Assembly (NCBI GenBank): GCA_030704615.1
Contig: CM060731.1
Location: forward strand, 17,732,001-17,796,000
DNA length: 64,000 bases
Direction of reading: 5' to 3'
From: Takakia lepidozioides
Taxonomy: Eukaryota; Plantae; Bryophyta
The notes below the pieces were generated by a model, which saw nothing but the letters and a program-made list of their open reading frames with translations, did no database searches and was not told the origin of the DNA. The translations under genes were made by a program, and so were the position numbers. Below are positions 35,301 to 45,860 of the stretch, one piece after another. How positions within the stretch are numbered: position 1 is the stretch's first letter; every line of letters starts with the position of its first letter.

Positions 35301-38300
35301 CTTGTGGTCTTATGGAGGTTGATGACAGTGGTGAATCTGTGGTGATGAATATATCTCTGCTAGTTGGAGTGGAGAGGCATCATAGTCTGGAGGATGAGGG
35401 GGTCATGAATCTGGTCGACCAGCAGGAGAAGAGAGAGAGGAGGGAATTAGGCTTTTCACTTTCTAGCATGATCCAACAGTCTCCCACGTCCAAGGCCAGT
35501 GCACCAGCAGACATGGCTCAGTTTGCTGATAATCATGTGGTGAGTTGGAAACCTGGAAAGAGACAGAGAGAGGCAGTGGAGATAGTGGCAAACTTCGGCT
35601 TGGAGGCAAAGCATGCAGTCCCAGCTAGTAATACAGGGACACTAGTGACTCATGCCAATGAAATACCTCCCTCCGGCAACTGTCAGATTGGACAGGAATC
35701 GATTTGTAGTGAAGAGACGGCAATGAAGATAGAGATGAAAGCATCCTTGGTTGTGGAAGAGAGCAAAGTACAAGATGGGCTTGGTGGTCTCGGGAAGGTA
35801 CATGATGGTGGTGAAGCTGTGGTGATGAAGACTCTGCCAGTCGGAATGGACAGGCCACAAAGTCTAGAGGATGAGAGGGCCATGAATTTGGTCCACCAAC
35901 AGGATAGGAGAGAGATACCGGAATTAGAATCTGTACTTTGTATCAAGGTCCAAGAGTCTCCAACATCCAAGGCCAGCGCCCCAGCAGACACGGTTCAGTT
36001 TGTTGATAATGTGGTGAGTTGCAGGCCTGACAAGAGGCAGAGAGAGGCACTGGAGATAGGGGCAAACTTGGGCTTGGAGGCAGAGCCTACAGTCCCAGCT
36101 AGTAATCATGCCAGTGAAATATGTCATCCCTCGGACACCTCTCAGATTGGACAGGAAGTGATTTGTTGCGAAGTGACGCCAATGAAGAGAGAGAAGGAAG
36201 TATCCTTGGGTGTGGAAGAGAGCAAAGTACTAGATGGGCATTGTGGTGGCAGGGAGGTTGGTGGTGGTGGTGAATCTATGGTGATGAAGATATCTCTGCC
36301 AATTGGAGTGGAGAGGCATCATAGTCTGGAGGATGAGGGGGTCATGAATCCGGTCCACCAACAGGAGAGGATACAGGCATGGGAATTAGATTCTTCAATT
36401 TCTAACATTGTCCAACAGTCTCCCACATCCAAGGCCTGTGCACTAGGAGACATGGCTCAATATAATGTGGTGAGTTTGAGGCCTGGCAAGAGGCCGAGAG
36501 AGGCAGTGGAGATAGGGGCAAACTTGGGCTTGGAGGCAGAGCCTGCAGTCCTAGCTAGTTCTCAGAAGCTAGTCACTCATGCCACTGAAATACTTCCCTC
36601 GGACACCTGTCAGATTGGACAAGAAGTTTTCTGTGGTGAAGTGATGAAGAGAGAGGAGGAAGCAGCCTTGGGTCTGGAAGAGAGGAACGTAGAAGATGGG
36701 CCTTGTAATGGCAGGGAGGTTGGTGATGTTGGTGAATCTGTGGTGATGAACATATCAATTGCAGTTGAAGTGGAGAGGCATCATAGTCTGGTGAATGAGG
36801 GGGTCATAAATCTGGTCAACCAGGAGGAGAGAGGAGAGAGAAGGGAATTGCAATCATCACTTTCTGACTTGGTCCAACAGTCTACCACATCCAAGGACAG
36901 TGCACCAGCAGACTTGGCTGATGATGTGGTGAGTGGCAGGCCAGGCAAGAGGCAAAGAGAGGCACAGGAGATAGGGTTAAACTTGGGCTTGGAGGAAGAG
37001 TCTGCAGTCTCAGCTAGTAATGGGAAACTAGTGACTCATGCCACTGAAGCATTCCCCTTGGACACCTGTCAAATTGGACAGGAAGTAATTTGTAGTGAAG
37101 TCACGACAGTGAAGAGAGAGATGGAAGCATCCTTGTCATGTGTGGAACAGAGCAAAGTAGAAGATGGGCCTATTAGGGGCGGGGTGGTTGGTGATGGTGG
37201 TGAATCTGTGGTGATGAAGTTATCTGTGCCAGTTAGAATGGAGAGGCATCATAGTCTGGAGGTTGAGGGGTTCATGAATCTGGTCCACCAACAAGAGAGG
37301 AGAGAGACAAGGGAATTAGAAGCCTTAGAATCCTCACTTTCTAACGTAGTCCAACAGTCTCCCACACCCAAGGTCAATGCACCCGCAGGCCTGGCTCATT
37401 TAGCAGATAATGTTTCGAGTTGTAGGCCTTGCAAGAGGCAGAGAGAGGCTCTGGAGATTGGGGCAAACTTGGGCTTGGAAGTATCCCCAGCTAGTAATGG
37501 CACTTACGCCACTGAAATACTTCCCTTGGACACCTCTCAGATTAGACAGGAAGTTTGTAGTAGTGAAGTGACGGAGATGAAGAGAGAGAAGAAATCATCC
37601 TTGGGTGTGGAAGAGAGCAAAGTAGAAGATGGGCCTTGTGGTCGCAAGGAGGTTAGTGATGGTGGTGGACCTGTGGTGATGAAGCTATGTCTGCCAGTTG
37701 GAGTGGAGATGCAACAGGATGAGGGGGTCCTGAATCTGGTCAACAAGCAGGAGAGAAGGGAGTCAAGGGAGTTAGAATCTTCACTTTGTAACATGGTGCA
37801 ACAGTCTCCCATATCCAAGGCCAGTGTACCAGCAGACATGGCTCATTCTGCAGATAATGTTGTGAGTTGGAGGCCTGGCAAGAGGCAGAGAGAGGCAGTG
37901 GAGACAGGGGCAGATTGGGGCTTGGAGGCAGAACCTGTAGTCCAAGCTAGTGACGAGAAACTGGTGACTTATGCCGCGGAAATACTGCCCTTGGACATGT
38001 CTCTTGTGAGTTGTAGTAAAGTGACGGCAATGAAGAGAGAGAAGGAGACAGCCTTGGTTCTAGAAGAGAGCAAAGTAGACGATGGGCCCTGTGGTCACGG
38101 AGAGGTTGGTGATGCCAGTGATGCTGTGGTAACAAAGATATCTCTGCCACTTGGAGTGGAGTGGCAACATAGTGTGGAGCATGTGGGGGTCATGAATCTG
38201 GTCCACCAACAGGATAGAGAGACAATGGAATTAGAATCTTCACTTTCTACCATGGTCCAACAGTCTCCCACATCCAAGGCCAGTGCACCAGCAGCGGATA

Positions 38301-38985
38301 ATGTTGTGAGTTGCAGGCTTGGCAAGAGGGAGAGAGATAACGTGCCTACAAGTCCAAAAAAAAGAAACAATGGTCTAGCCTTCAGACCTGGATCGAATGT
38401 ATTTGTTACAAGGTTTCCTGATGACGGTGGGAGCTGCCTAGCATCCACAGTCACCGAAGGTAGGTCATTACAGGCCTTATATGAGTTTAAGTTTCAGTGT
38501 GCACATGTAAAATTTATTTAGAGGCTTTTGTGTATGCTACTCTGCATGTCTTGGCCACACTTTTGACCAAGATGCAGTGAGCACTTCCTCATCATTCCTA
38601 ATTCGATGATGCCTGATATGCTATAGATTTTCTTGTTGCTTGTTTTCTACCTAAGAGGTGAGCACTAATATGCAGGGCTTGTTACTCAAAGCCAAGTGAT
38701 TGACTTGTATTCACTGTGTTGAATGTGTCTTCTTTTAATTTTGAGTCAGCCATGGCGTATCATGTGGCTATGCTTGTCCCAGGTTCTGATACAGGTCCTG
38801 CAGACCGTGCCGAGGACTACATGGAAATCAGCTTGACAAATGTGGAAGAGGAGGGGAAGAGAAAGCCAGAGTCTCTTGTTGTGGATAAAACAAGCCAAGA
38901 ACAGCAGAACCTTTTGCAGCCCCCGGTTGATGGTGGCTCCAAGAGGGACATTACTCCCTGGAAGCTACTCGACAAGCATTACTAG
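17305..38985 (+). CDS. Giant DCD (development and cell death) domain protein with a ~6,300-aa acidic repetitive tail, predicted 6,625 aa
   Basis: Exons 17305-17538, 17701-17844, 18204-18320, 19030-19182, 19433-38459, 38783-38985. All introns are GT-AG with matching phases (0,0,0,0,1); total 19,878 nt. Exons 1-4 spell a DCD domain: AGMIFGCTTKTYHECMRLQLFGLP..Q|VLRVVPGSKLFLFNF..EMSGIFEATSYGGLSIMPGAF..FPAQ|VKIRCIDECPNLPEDVFKEAIRENY..HKFTYELTTSQ|VQRLMDLF. The start could extend to ATG 17113. Confidence 0.8.
19690..32250 (+). repeat. Coding repeat zone A of the giant exon (~21 units, higher-order organisation)
   Basis: 8 units carry A/VSxDKMxTEVAxSWATSQILEGLxGELGNL. They are interleaved with GVCMESEE..LEDRKV..EEFEVAVSV..DRKHSLED..KLVEHQERR..ELESSCF..ESPTTK units. 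Confidence 0.85.
32260..38340 (+). repeat. Coding repeat zone B of the giant exon (13 units of ~150-160 aa)
   Basis: Unit consensus ADNVVSCRPGKRQREALEIGANLGLEAEPAVPAS..KLVTHATEILPLDTSQIGQEVICSEVTAMKREKEA.LGLEESKVEDGPC..GGESVVMKISLPVGVERQHSLEDEGVMNLV.QQE.RE.RELESS....VQQSPTSKASAP. Period mostly 450-480 nt. Confidence 0.9.
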
Positions 38986-39998
38986 CCAATACTCGTCCAA
39001 CTCCACCAAAGGACATGTGTCCCACAGTTTTGTTGTTCAGACGGTTGTGCATGTGGATCGTAGTCTAATTACATGCAGATTCTAGAGATTGCTGATTATG
39101 CAAAAAAAAATTGAACCTGTCTTACTCTCCCCCTCCCCTTTTGTTGATTGGGTGGGGAAAGCAAGCAAAAACAATGGAACAATAGTAATGTGCTGAGATT
39201 TTATCTTTTGTTTTGTTCTTTGTCTGGCCCTTTGGGCATACCATGATTCAGCAAGTTTTTTTTTGTCTGTCTGGTTCAGGCCTACCGCGGTTGTAATAAA
39301 TACCTTTCTTTCGATTCTTCTTCTGACAGTTTGACGAAGGGCAAGGCTGCCTCCATACGCCTTCACGCTATCTGCAAACAAATACACCTGCGCCATCCCC
39401 TCCCACCAAGAAGTGGCTCTTCGACTCGGCCGTCGCCCCTGCCACTTGTGGCGGTGAGTTTTGGACCCCGGTCCCTGTTTGTTGGTGGGAGAAAATCTAC
39501 AACCCCTGCAATCGTCTTTCCTCCAGGGGACGCTTGGGGTTCGAGATACAACACCATCACAGATTTCATCTGCGGAATCTGCGTGTGTACCGCTTCAAAC
39601 TGAGCCCATTTTCTGGCTTAAAATCTTCGTAACAAGGTTGCAAGGCATGCTGGAGTCTCCAACCTCTTTGTACGCCACGGACTGTCCGTTGTTACACATT
39701 CTTCATCGCCGCCCAATACATGTCTGCAACTCTATCTCCCTCTCTTCTAAGGGCATCGGGGAGTTTTAGGGTGGGAAATTGAAGCGAAGAATTCACTGTC
39801 CTTTCTACCTACGAGATCCGTGGAGATACTAGAGTTCACACCACGACAATTGCTTGAGCAATACTTGTTTTGGGGCTGCTTGTGGCTATGTACCCCAACT
39901 CATTTGCCCAGTTTGGGAAGGTCAGGCAACCCGACAGTGTGGGGAAAAGCCACCGCAGGAGGCACAGGCGTAGAAGTAGGAGGGGGCGATGGGAGGTA

Positions 39999-40967
39999 CA
40001 GTCGGCCCTCTTTAAATGTTATGCATGGAGAGTAAGGAAAACATAACATTTACAGATATATAACAACTAACCCTAAAGGAGGGAAAAATATCCCACCCTA
40101 ACAATTATAAAGGTCACACTTAAACGAGGTCCACTAGATGGAAAGTAACATTTACACATTAATTTAAATTTAAATAAGAAAAAAGGTCCGTTTGTCTAGA
40201 ATTGGATGTCCTGTGCAATTCTTTTTGAATTGATAACATTTTGATATAAAGCTGAATAGTATGTGGTGCGGCGTTAACTTTTGAAAATAATACTGCGGAC
40301 TCTTGTGGAATTAAAATTTCCTCTTCGTCATGCTCCTCGACTTGTTCCGTTGGACCAACCACGTCCCAAATCTCATCATCGTTTGGTTGAAATGGCTCGT
40401 TTAAATCAAACTGAGCCTCAAAATTAAGAAACTCCAAGGCATCCATGGTCGGAGCCTCAACATCATGAAGGACGGAAAGCTCAATGAACTGATGCAAAAG
40501 TCCATCAATTTCATCCAACTCTACATTTGTACTTGCTCCGGAAGCATCACCCATCTCCGTTCCGGACAGCCCATTCAGGTTCACAGAGGTTGTACTAGGG
40601 CACTTACAGTTGAAAGTACGAAGACTACATAGTAATAAAATTAATCTAAGTGTTTACAGCAACATAACCAAGAAGGAAGTACTCTATATTTTTCGAAGCA
40701 CGTGCATTTCAACCTTTTTGACCTTACCGCAAAATCTAAGCCTATAGCGGGCCTCAACTTCAAGGGACACACACACTTCCCAGGATTGGAGGTGACATGT
40801 AACAAATAGAGAGGGTGGTTTTACACCATAGAGAGTATGACTTTCCTAACACTTAACAAATAACACTCTTTGACTCTTTCCTAGTGTAATATTCTACAGA
40901 GTGTAAAAAACGTAACAATAAAAGATATATAACATATATGGAGGTAACATTTAAAGAGGGTCGACTG
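39999..40967 (-). mobile_element. pogo/Tigger-like (Tc1/mariner) deletion derivative
   Basis: 23-bp TIRs CAGTCG(G/A)CCCTCTTTAAATGTTA with a TA TSD on both sides. The internal minus ORF 40159-40584 is acidic and ends ...RQTDLFSYL, resembling the C-terminal tail of pogo-type transposases. No DDD domain. Confidence 0.85.
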
Positions 40968-41044
40968 TAGACACTAGACACCTGGACGGTTTATTTTTAT
41001 TTTTATACTGCTTGGGATGAGCGGTGGGCCCCGCTGATTCCGAT

Positions 41045-41076
41045 GACACTCGGGCCAACGGCACAGGCTACCCTAG
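41045..41076 (+). mobile_element. Helitron-like 3' terminus
   Basis: GACACTCGGGCCAACGGCACAGGCTACCCTAG|T, the same terminus as the element at 6318-6350. Confidence 0.55.
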
Positions 41077-42506
41077 TATAAATTAATGAGTCGGGGGTAA
41101 GAAGGGGCCTGTCGGACGTTGCCGGAATCCGGCAAAAGTACCGTCAGATCGCATGGGTGCATTACGTTCGTACATTATTTCTATGTAGGGGAGTCCTGAA
41201 GGGTTTGCACGGCAGTATTAAGTAATAAACGTTTATGTCGCACACGTTGCGGCCCAGCTTGGCACGACCGTCCACCCTGCCAGCCTACATGCCACGGCCC
41301 ACGACCCTTCTTCTCCCTCTCCCGCATGTTCCAACATGTTGACAAAGGATTCAACCTCTTCTCTTCGATCGAAAGAATTTGATCTCGGAAGGATGTGATG
41401 TGTGAGCTTGTGTGTCAGAAAGAGGGACAAGCGTTCTACTTGGACTTGGGTTTGACTGAGTGAGTGGGTGGAGCTGTAACTGCAGTCCGAGAGCTGGAGG
41501 AAGGCATGATTGATGCTGAGCACACAAGTCTTTCTCTTCTGAGCATACGGTGGGTTGCGAAGCTTCATGTCTGGGAGAGCATGATCCAATTGTTGCTGAA
41601 TCTCGTCTTCCGATGTATGTTGAGCTTATGAGTTGCGAGAGAAACAGTGGATGGCGAATTGAGCTTTACTACAAGAGTGCCAGCTGAAATCATAGGGAGA
41701 ACGTAGGAATCTATATCTCCAATTTCCATTCATAATCCTCAGAGCCGTAATTAGAACCTGGGTTGTAATTTTCCGTCGACGTGTCATAGATGGATCGAAA
41801 CGAGGAATTTGCTGGCTAGCATTAGCTTTACTTCATGCTTCTGAAAGCAGAAAACCGGCAGCAGCACAATGAAATGAACTGGTCCTTTATGGAAGAAAGG
41901 ATAGTGGGTTCAAAGTTCGAGTAATTTGAAATTTTGACCAATGACAAGTACCCTTACGTACATGCCGATGTGTTCGCCCTTAGACCTGTAGTGCATACGC
42001 AGTCCATCCGGAGTCTGCAAATTGTATGTGAACATTCCCAACCAGGCACTTCGACACATGTCTGTGCCAACTTATTCATGTGTTTATGCAAGAAACCGTG
42101 GCATATATTCATCTCTCTCACGTTCGAAGAGACATTGGTATTCAAATTGAGAGGACAGAGAGTAGAAAATTCTGCTTGTTGAAGAGGGATGAGATATATC
42201 TGTACGTACGTATGTATGCATCTCTCTTTTTCCCTCTCTCGTTTTCTCTGGCAAGGGACGTGATTATAGCCTCGAGAGAAACATCACCCTCAAGCAATTT
42301 TCCTAACAAATACTTGGAAGGACGAAAAGAGCTCAAAGAGAGTCTTAGAGGGGGGCAAGGGGGTGGCTTGTGTTGTACTGGGAACTGCAGCTTCGACGCA
42401 TAACTGATATGACAAGTTGGTGCATGTGAATGACCGTTGTAAATGTACAGGTGTTAAAGCAAGAGTCTCAAGAGAATTTTGTATCAGAAATTGACACCGA
42501 GGTGCG

Positions 42507-43652
42507 ATGACACATGCGGAGAAGAGCATAAGTGTGCATGACTCAGATGAGAGCGATGGCAACAAGCCTTTGAAATTCGAAGAAATTCCGGCTGGGTCAT
42601 TGCAGAAGCAACATCCCGTAGCGTATTTGGCTGAAAAACTTACAGCATATTTTGGGGATTTGAAGGTGTTGGGGCTGGCATTAGGCTACTGCCTGTCAGC
42701 GTCCCTCCTCTCCATCATCAACAAATGGGCTATCATGGAGTTTCCATACCCGGGCTCCCTGACAGCACTGCAGTACTTTAGCAGTGCCGCTGGCGTTCTA
42801 ATCTTAGGCGGTCTCAACATCCTGGAGCACGATCCCCTCTCCTTCCACACCATGTGGAAATTTCTCCCCGCAGCAATATGCTACTACTTATCCCTCTTCA
42901 CCAACAGTGAGCTCCTCCTTCATGCCAACGTAGATACATTCATTGTGTTCCGCTCTGCAGTTCCAATCTTTGTGGCCATCGGAGAGACTCTTTACTTGAA
43001 CCAGCCATGGCCGTCAATCAAAACATGGTCCGCCCTCGGAGTTATACTGGGCGGATCTGTGCTGTACGTGTTGACAGACTCTCAGTTTTCTCTGACAGCA
43101 TATATTTGGGCATTTGCATATGTAGCCAGCATGTCAGTAGACTTTGTTTACGTGAAACACATTGTGATGACAGTAGGCCTCAACACCTGGGGCCTTGTGC
43201 TCTACAACAACTTGGAAGCACTGCTTCTCTTCCCCATTGAGCTGTTCGTGATGGGGGAAGGCATGGATCTCAAGAAACAGACAGATAATCTCTCCATTCA
43301 CTGGATGTCTCTCCAAATGTGGCTTCCCGTGATCCTTTCCTGCGCATTTGGTTTGGCAATTTCCTTCTTCGGATTTTCATGCCGCCGGACCATCTCAGCC
43401 ACTGGGTTCACCGTGCTTGGTGTGGTGAATAAGCTGCTAACTGTGATCATCAACCTGCTAATCTGGACAAAGCACGCATCTATGATGGGAACGTTTGGCT
43501 TGTTGGTATGCATCACAGGTGGAGTTCTTTACCAGCAGTCAACAACAAAACCCAAGCAACCCGTTGTGGCGCCCACTAGTCACTACACGCTCATTGATGA
43601 AGAGGAGCAAGCACTCACTGATCAATCAGATGATCAGGGCAAATCTGGCTAG
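42507..43652 (+). CDS. GONST3: Golgi GDP-sugar transporter, GONST3/GGLT1-like, intronless CDS, 381 aa
   Basis: GYCLSASLLSIINKWAIM.FPYPG.LTA.QYF; LSLFTNSELLLHANVDTFIVFRSAVPIFVAIGE; GLNTWGLVLYNNLEALLLFP; GDP-binding motif GVVNK; ~10 TM segments. Confidence 0.92.
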   Translation: MTHAEKSISVHDSDESDGNKPLKFEEIPAGSLQKQHPVAYLAEKLTAYFGDLKVLGLALGYCLSASLLSIINKWAIMEFPYPGSLTALQYFSSAAGVLILGGLNILEHDPLSFHTMWKFLPAAICYYLSLFTNSELLLHANVDTFIVFRSAVPIFVAIGETLYLNQPWPSIKTWSALGVILGGSVLYVLTDSQFSLTAYIWAFAYVASMSVDFVYVKHIVMTVGLNTWGLVLYNNLEALLLFPIELFVMGEGMDLKKQTDNLSIHWMSLQMWLPVILSCAFGLAISFFGFSCRRTISATGFTVLGVVNKLLTVIINLLIWTKHASMMGTFGLLVCITGGVLYQQSTTKPKQPVVAPTSHYTLIDEEEQALTDQSDDQGKSG

Positions 43653-45791
43653 TGCCCATTGTAAAGTGTATAGAGTTCTTCACCTGTGGATAGTTCGCAT
43701 GTGGAGTAACTCTGCTAACAACCCACATCAGGGTCCAATATTCTGAATGAAACTTGGATTTGCTAGAATTCAATTTCTCTCTTTACAATGGCCACAAGGC
43801 TACGGCAAACAACGTCTTATGAGTACAATCTTTACATCGTTACTGGGGCAACCGGTAGACACCCCTGAACAAACTTTACAATCCAAAACACTCCTTCTTT
43901 GACAAGCACAGAAGGTTGAGACACTCATGAGCACTCAAGAGTACAGGCGATTTATACAGCTACCCCTCTTCAAAGCCAACCGTATCAATAGTAGAAGGGG
44001 CACCACCTAAGTGCAGGATCCAGGAAAACTTCCTCTCTCAGACTCTGACTGTGGCCAAGTAAACCTTTCACATTTGGTGCTTCTCTCTCTCTCAACCCTC
44101 TATTCAACAAAATGAGTTGGTTGGATCACCCACTAGTTGTCTAACCCTGCTCGAATCAACTTATATCAACTCATATCAGGCTGCTGGCTTTTCATAGGCA
44201 CCAAGGCAATGTCAGTCTGTGTTTTACCTATACAACACCTCGTAATTGAGTTGCCTGCCATGTCCTTCCCAGGCATTTGCATCCAAGATATGCATGTAAC
44301 AGACACCCGGGCCCTGTTTTATAGTGAGAGACAATGCAGCACATTTTCTGCCTTGGACTTCAATCGTATTTTGGATTCACCCATCACTGCCTGGCGTTTG
44401 CATCCAGGCATGCATGCCACCTACATTCCCATATTGCCACTACAACCATGCTGCACAATTTCTGCTTCACACCTTGTCACATTAATAAGCATCCACCACA
44501 ATCACCTGTGCCCCTTGTTTAGGGTTTAGACAACCAACCTCCTTAATATAAAGGATGTGGCTGCTATAGAGGAAAGTAAGATTCTGACTATTAAGGAAGT
44601 GAGTTGATATCCTACATTATTACCTCTAACAAGTGGCTTCCTAGACCCCTTGTCATGTCCGAATTTGGCTAAATATGTCTTTTTTTCCCCTTAGTTTCTT
44701 TCGTAAAGGTAGATTGAGGTCGAAATTGGTGACACTGCCAGCCCTAACCTTGTCATCTCCACGCAATATTTATTCATTAAAGCTATGTCTGTGTCAATGT
44801 ACCTATCCTTGGATGGACTACCCACCTAACTCAGCTAGCGTCTCATTTAAGAAGAAGAACCGCATTATTTCAGGTCCGACTCTACAACGGAGATAACAAT
44901 GTTGGGGCCCGAGTCAGCTGAAACCACATGAGCCCCGGCTACCGAGCTCAATTGTATGCTTTGTGGTTTTTAAAGTAGGAAACTCGTTGCTGCATGTGCA
45001 TATTCTGTCAGCAGCTTTCAGCATACACAAAACAAACTCTGCCTTCATTCGTCTCAGTAAAAACCTCCAGACTATGGCATGAAATGAAGACCGAGAATAC
45101 TTCCATGCCAAAATTCAAACCTTATGTGAAAAATCCTTAGTGACCAGAGATGATAGTGAAATGCTTTAAATGCCACTTGCTCGGTCTACAACCGTCTCAT
45201 CTCTGCTCCTTACCCCTTGGAGAAGATAGTACAGTGGTGAACATAGCAAATTGTTCTTGAGTCAGTTTAAAAACACGATACTCAAGAATCCAGGTATAAA
45301 CGTTTGCCTATGATAATATCCCAAGATGTTGCTTGGGCTGCGAGTCATGAACACGAAATTATGTATACGGGCAATTGACTCATTACTATCTCTGCTGGAG
45401 GTGGTTTCAGAAGGAAATTCGATGACATTGTCTGTAGTACAAACCTGATACCTGGCAAACCTGATTCAGGAGTGGTGCTATCCATGGCTTACTCAGTTTG
45501 TTCGAGACAAACTGCACGCCACCTCTTTAGTGTGCTCATCCTTGCTGTGAAACTGCAGCATGGTTGGGGCGCTGATTGCTCCTGCGTCCCGCCACCGTCA
45601 CGAATTAGATTAGCAAACCCTAGGCTCCTAAGCTCTGGAGCTGTCCTTCAGGCACTCCCTTTGGGAGCGACACCGACGTCTCCCGCGTCCGTGTGAGGCA
45701 CACGCAGAGGAGCCGAAGATAAACCCCTTACGACTCAACCTGTTTCCTTCTCCCTTGCAAGAGTTGATAAATTGCAACAGCACAGAACATT

Positions 45792-45835
45792 ATCCCATAT
45801 CGATTGCCCATATTGAGGATCCAGCGGAGTATATA
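45792..45835 (+). promoter_or_regulatory. snRNA promoter: USE (ATCCCATATCG, 45792-45802) and TATA (TATATA, 45830-45835)
   Basis: One mismatch to the plant USE consensus RTCCCACATCG. TATA at -31..-26 from the U2 start. Confidence 0.8.
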
Positions 45836-45860
45836 GTCCGCCGGGCGCCTCAGTTGCAGT

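Noticed and set aside
19433-38459. Giant exon as a transposon polyprotein, non-coding satellite or CRISPR-like array
   Set aside because: No RT, integrase or transposase motifs and no constant repeat with unique spacers. The frame is preserved across diverged units, which a non-coding satellite would not do.
39100-39780. Possible LINE zf-RVT remnant on the minus strand (..PW....LETPAH.L..C......W)
   Set aside because: Needs several frameshifts and has no clear tail or TSD, so it is too degenerate to call without a search.
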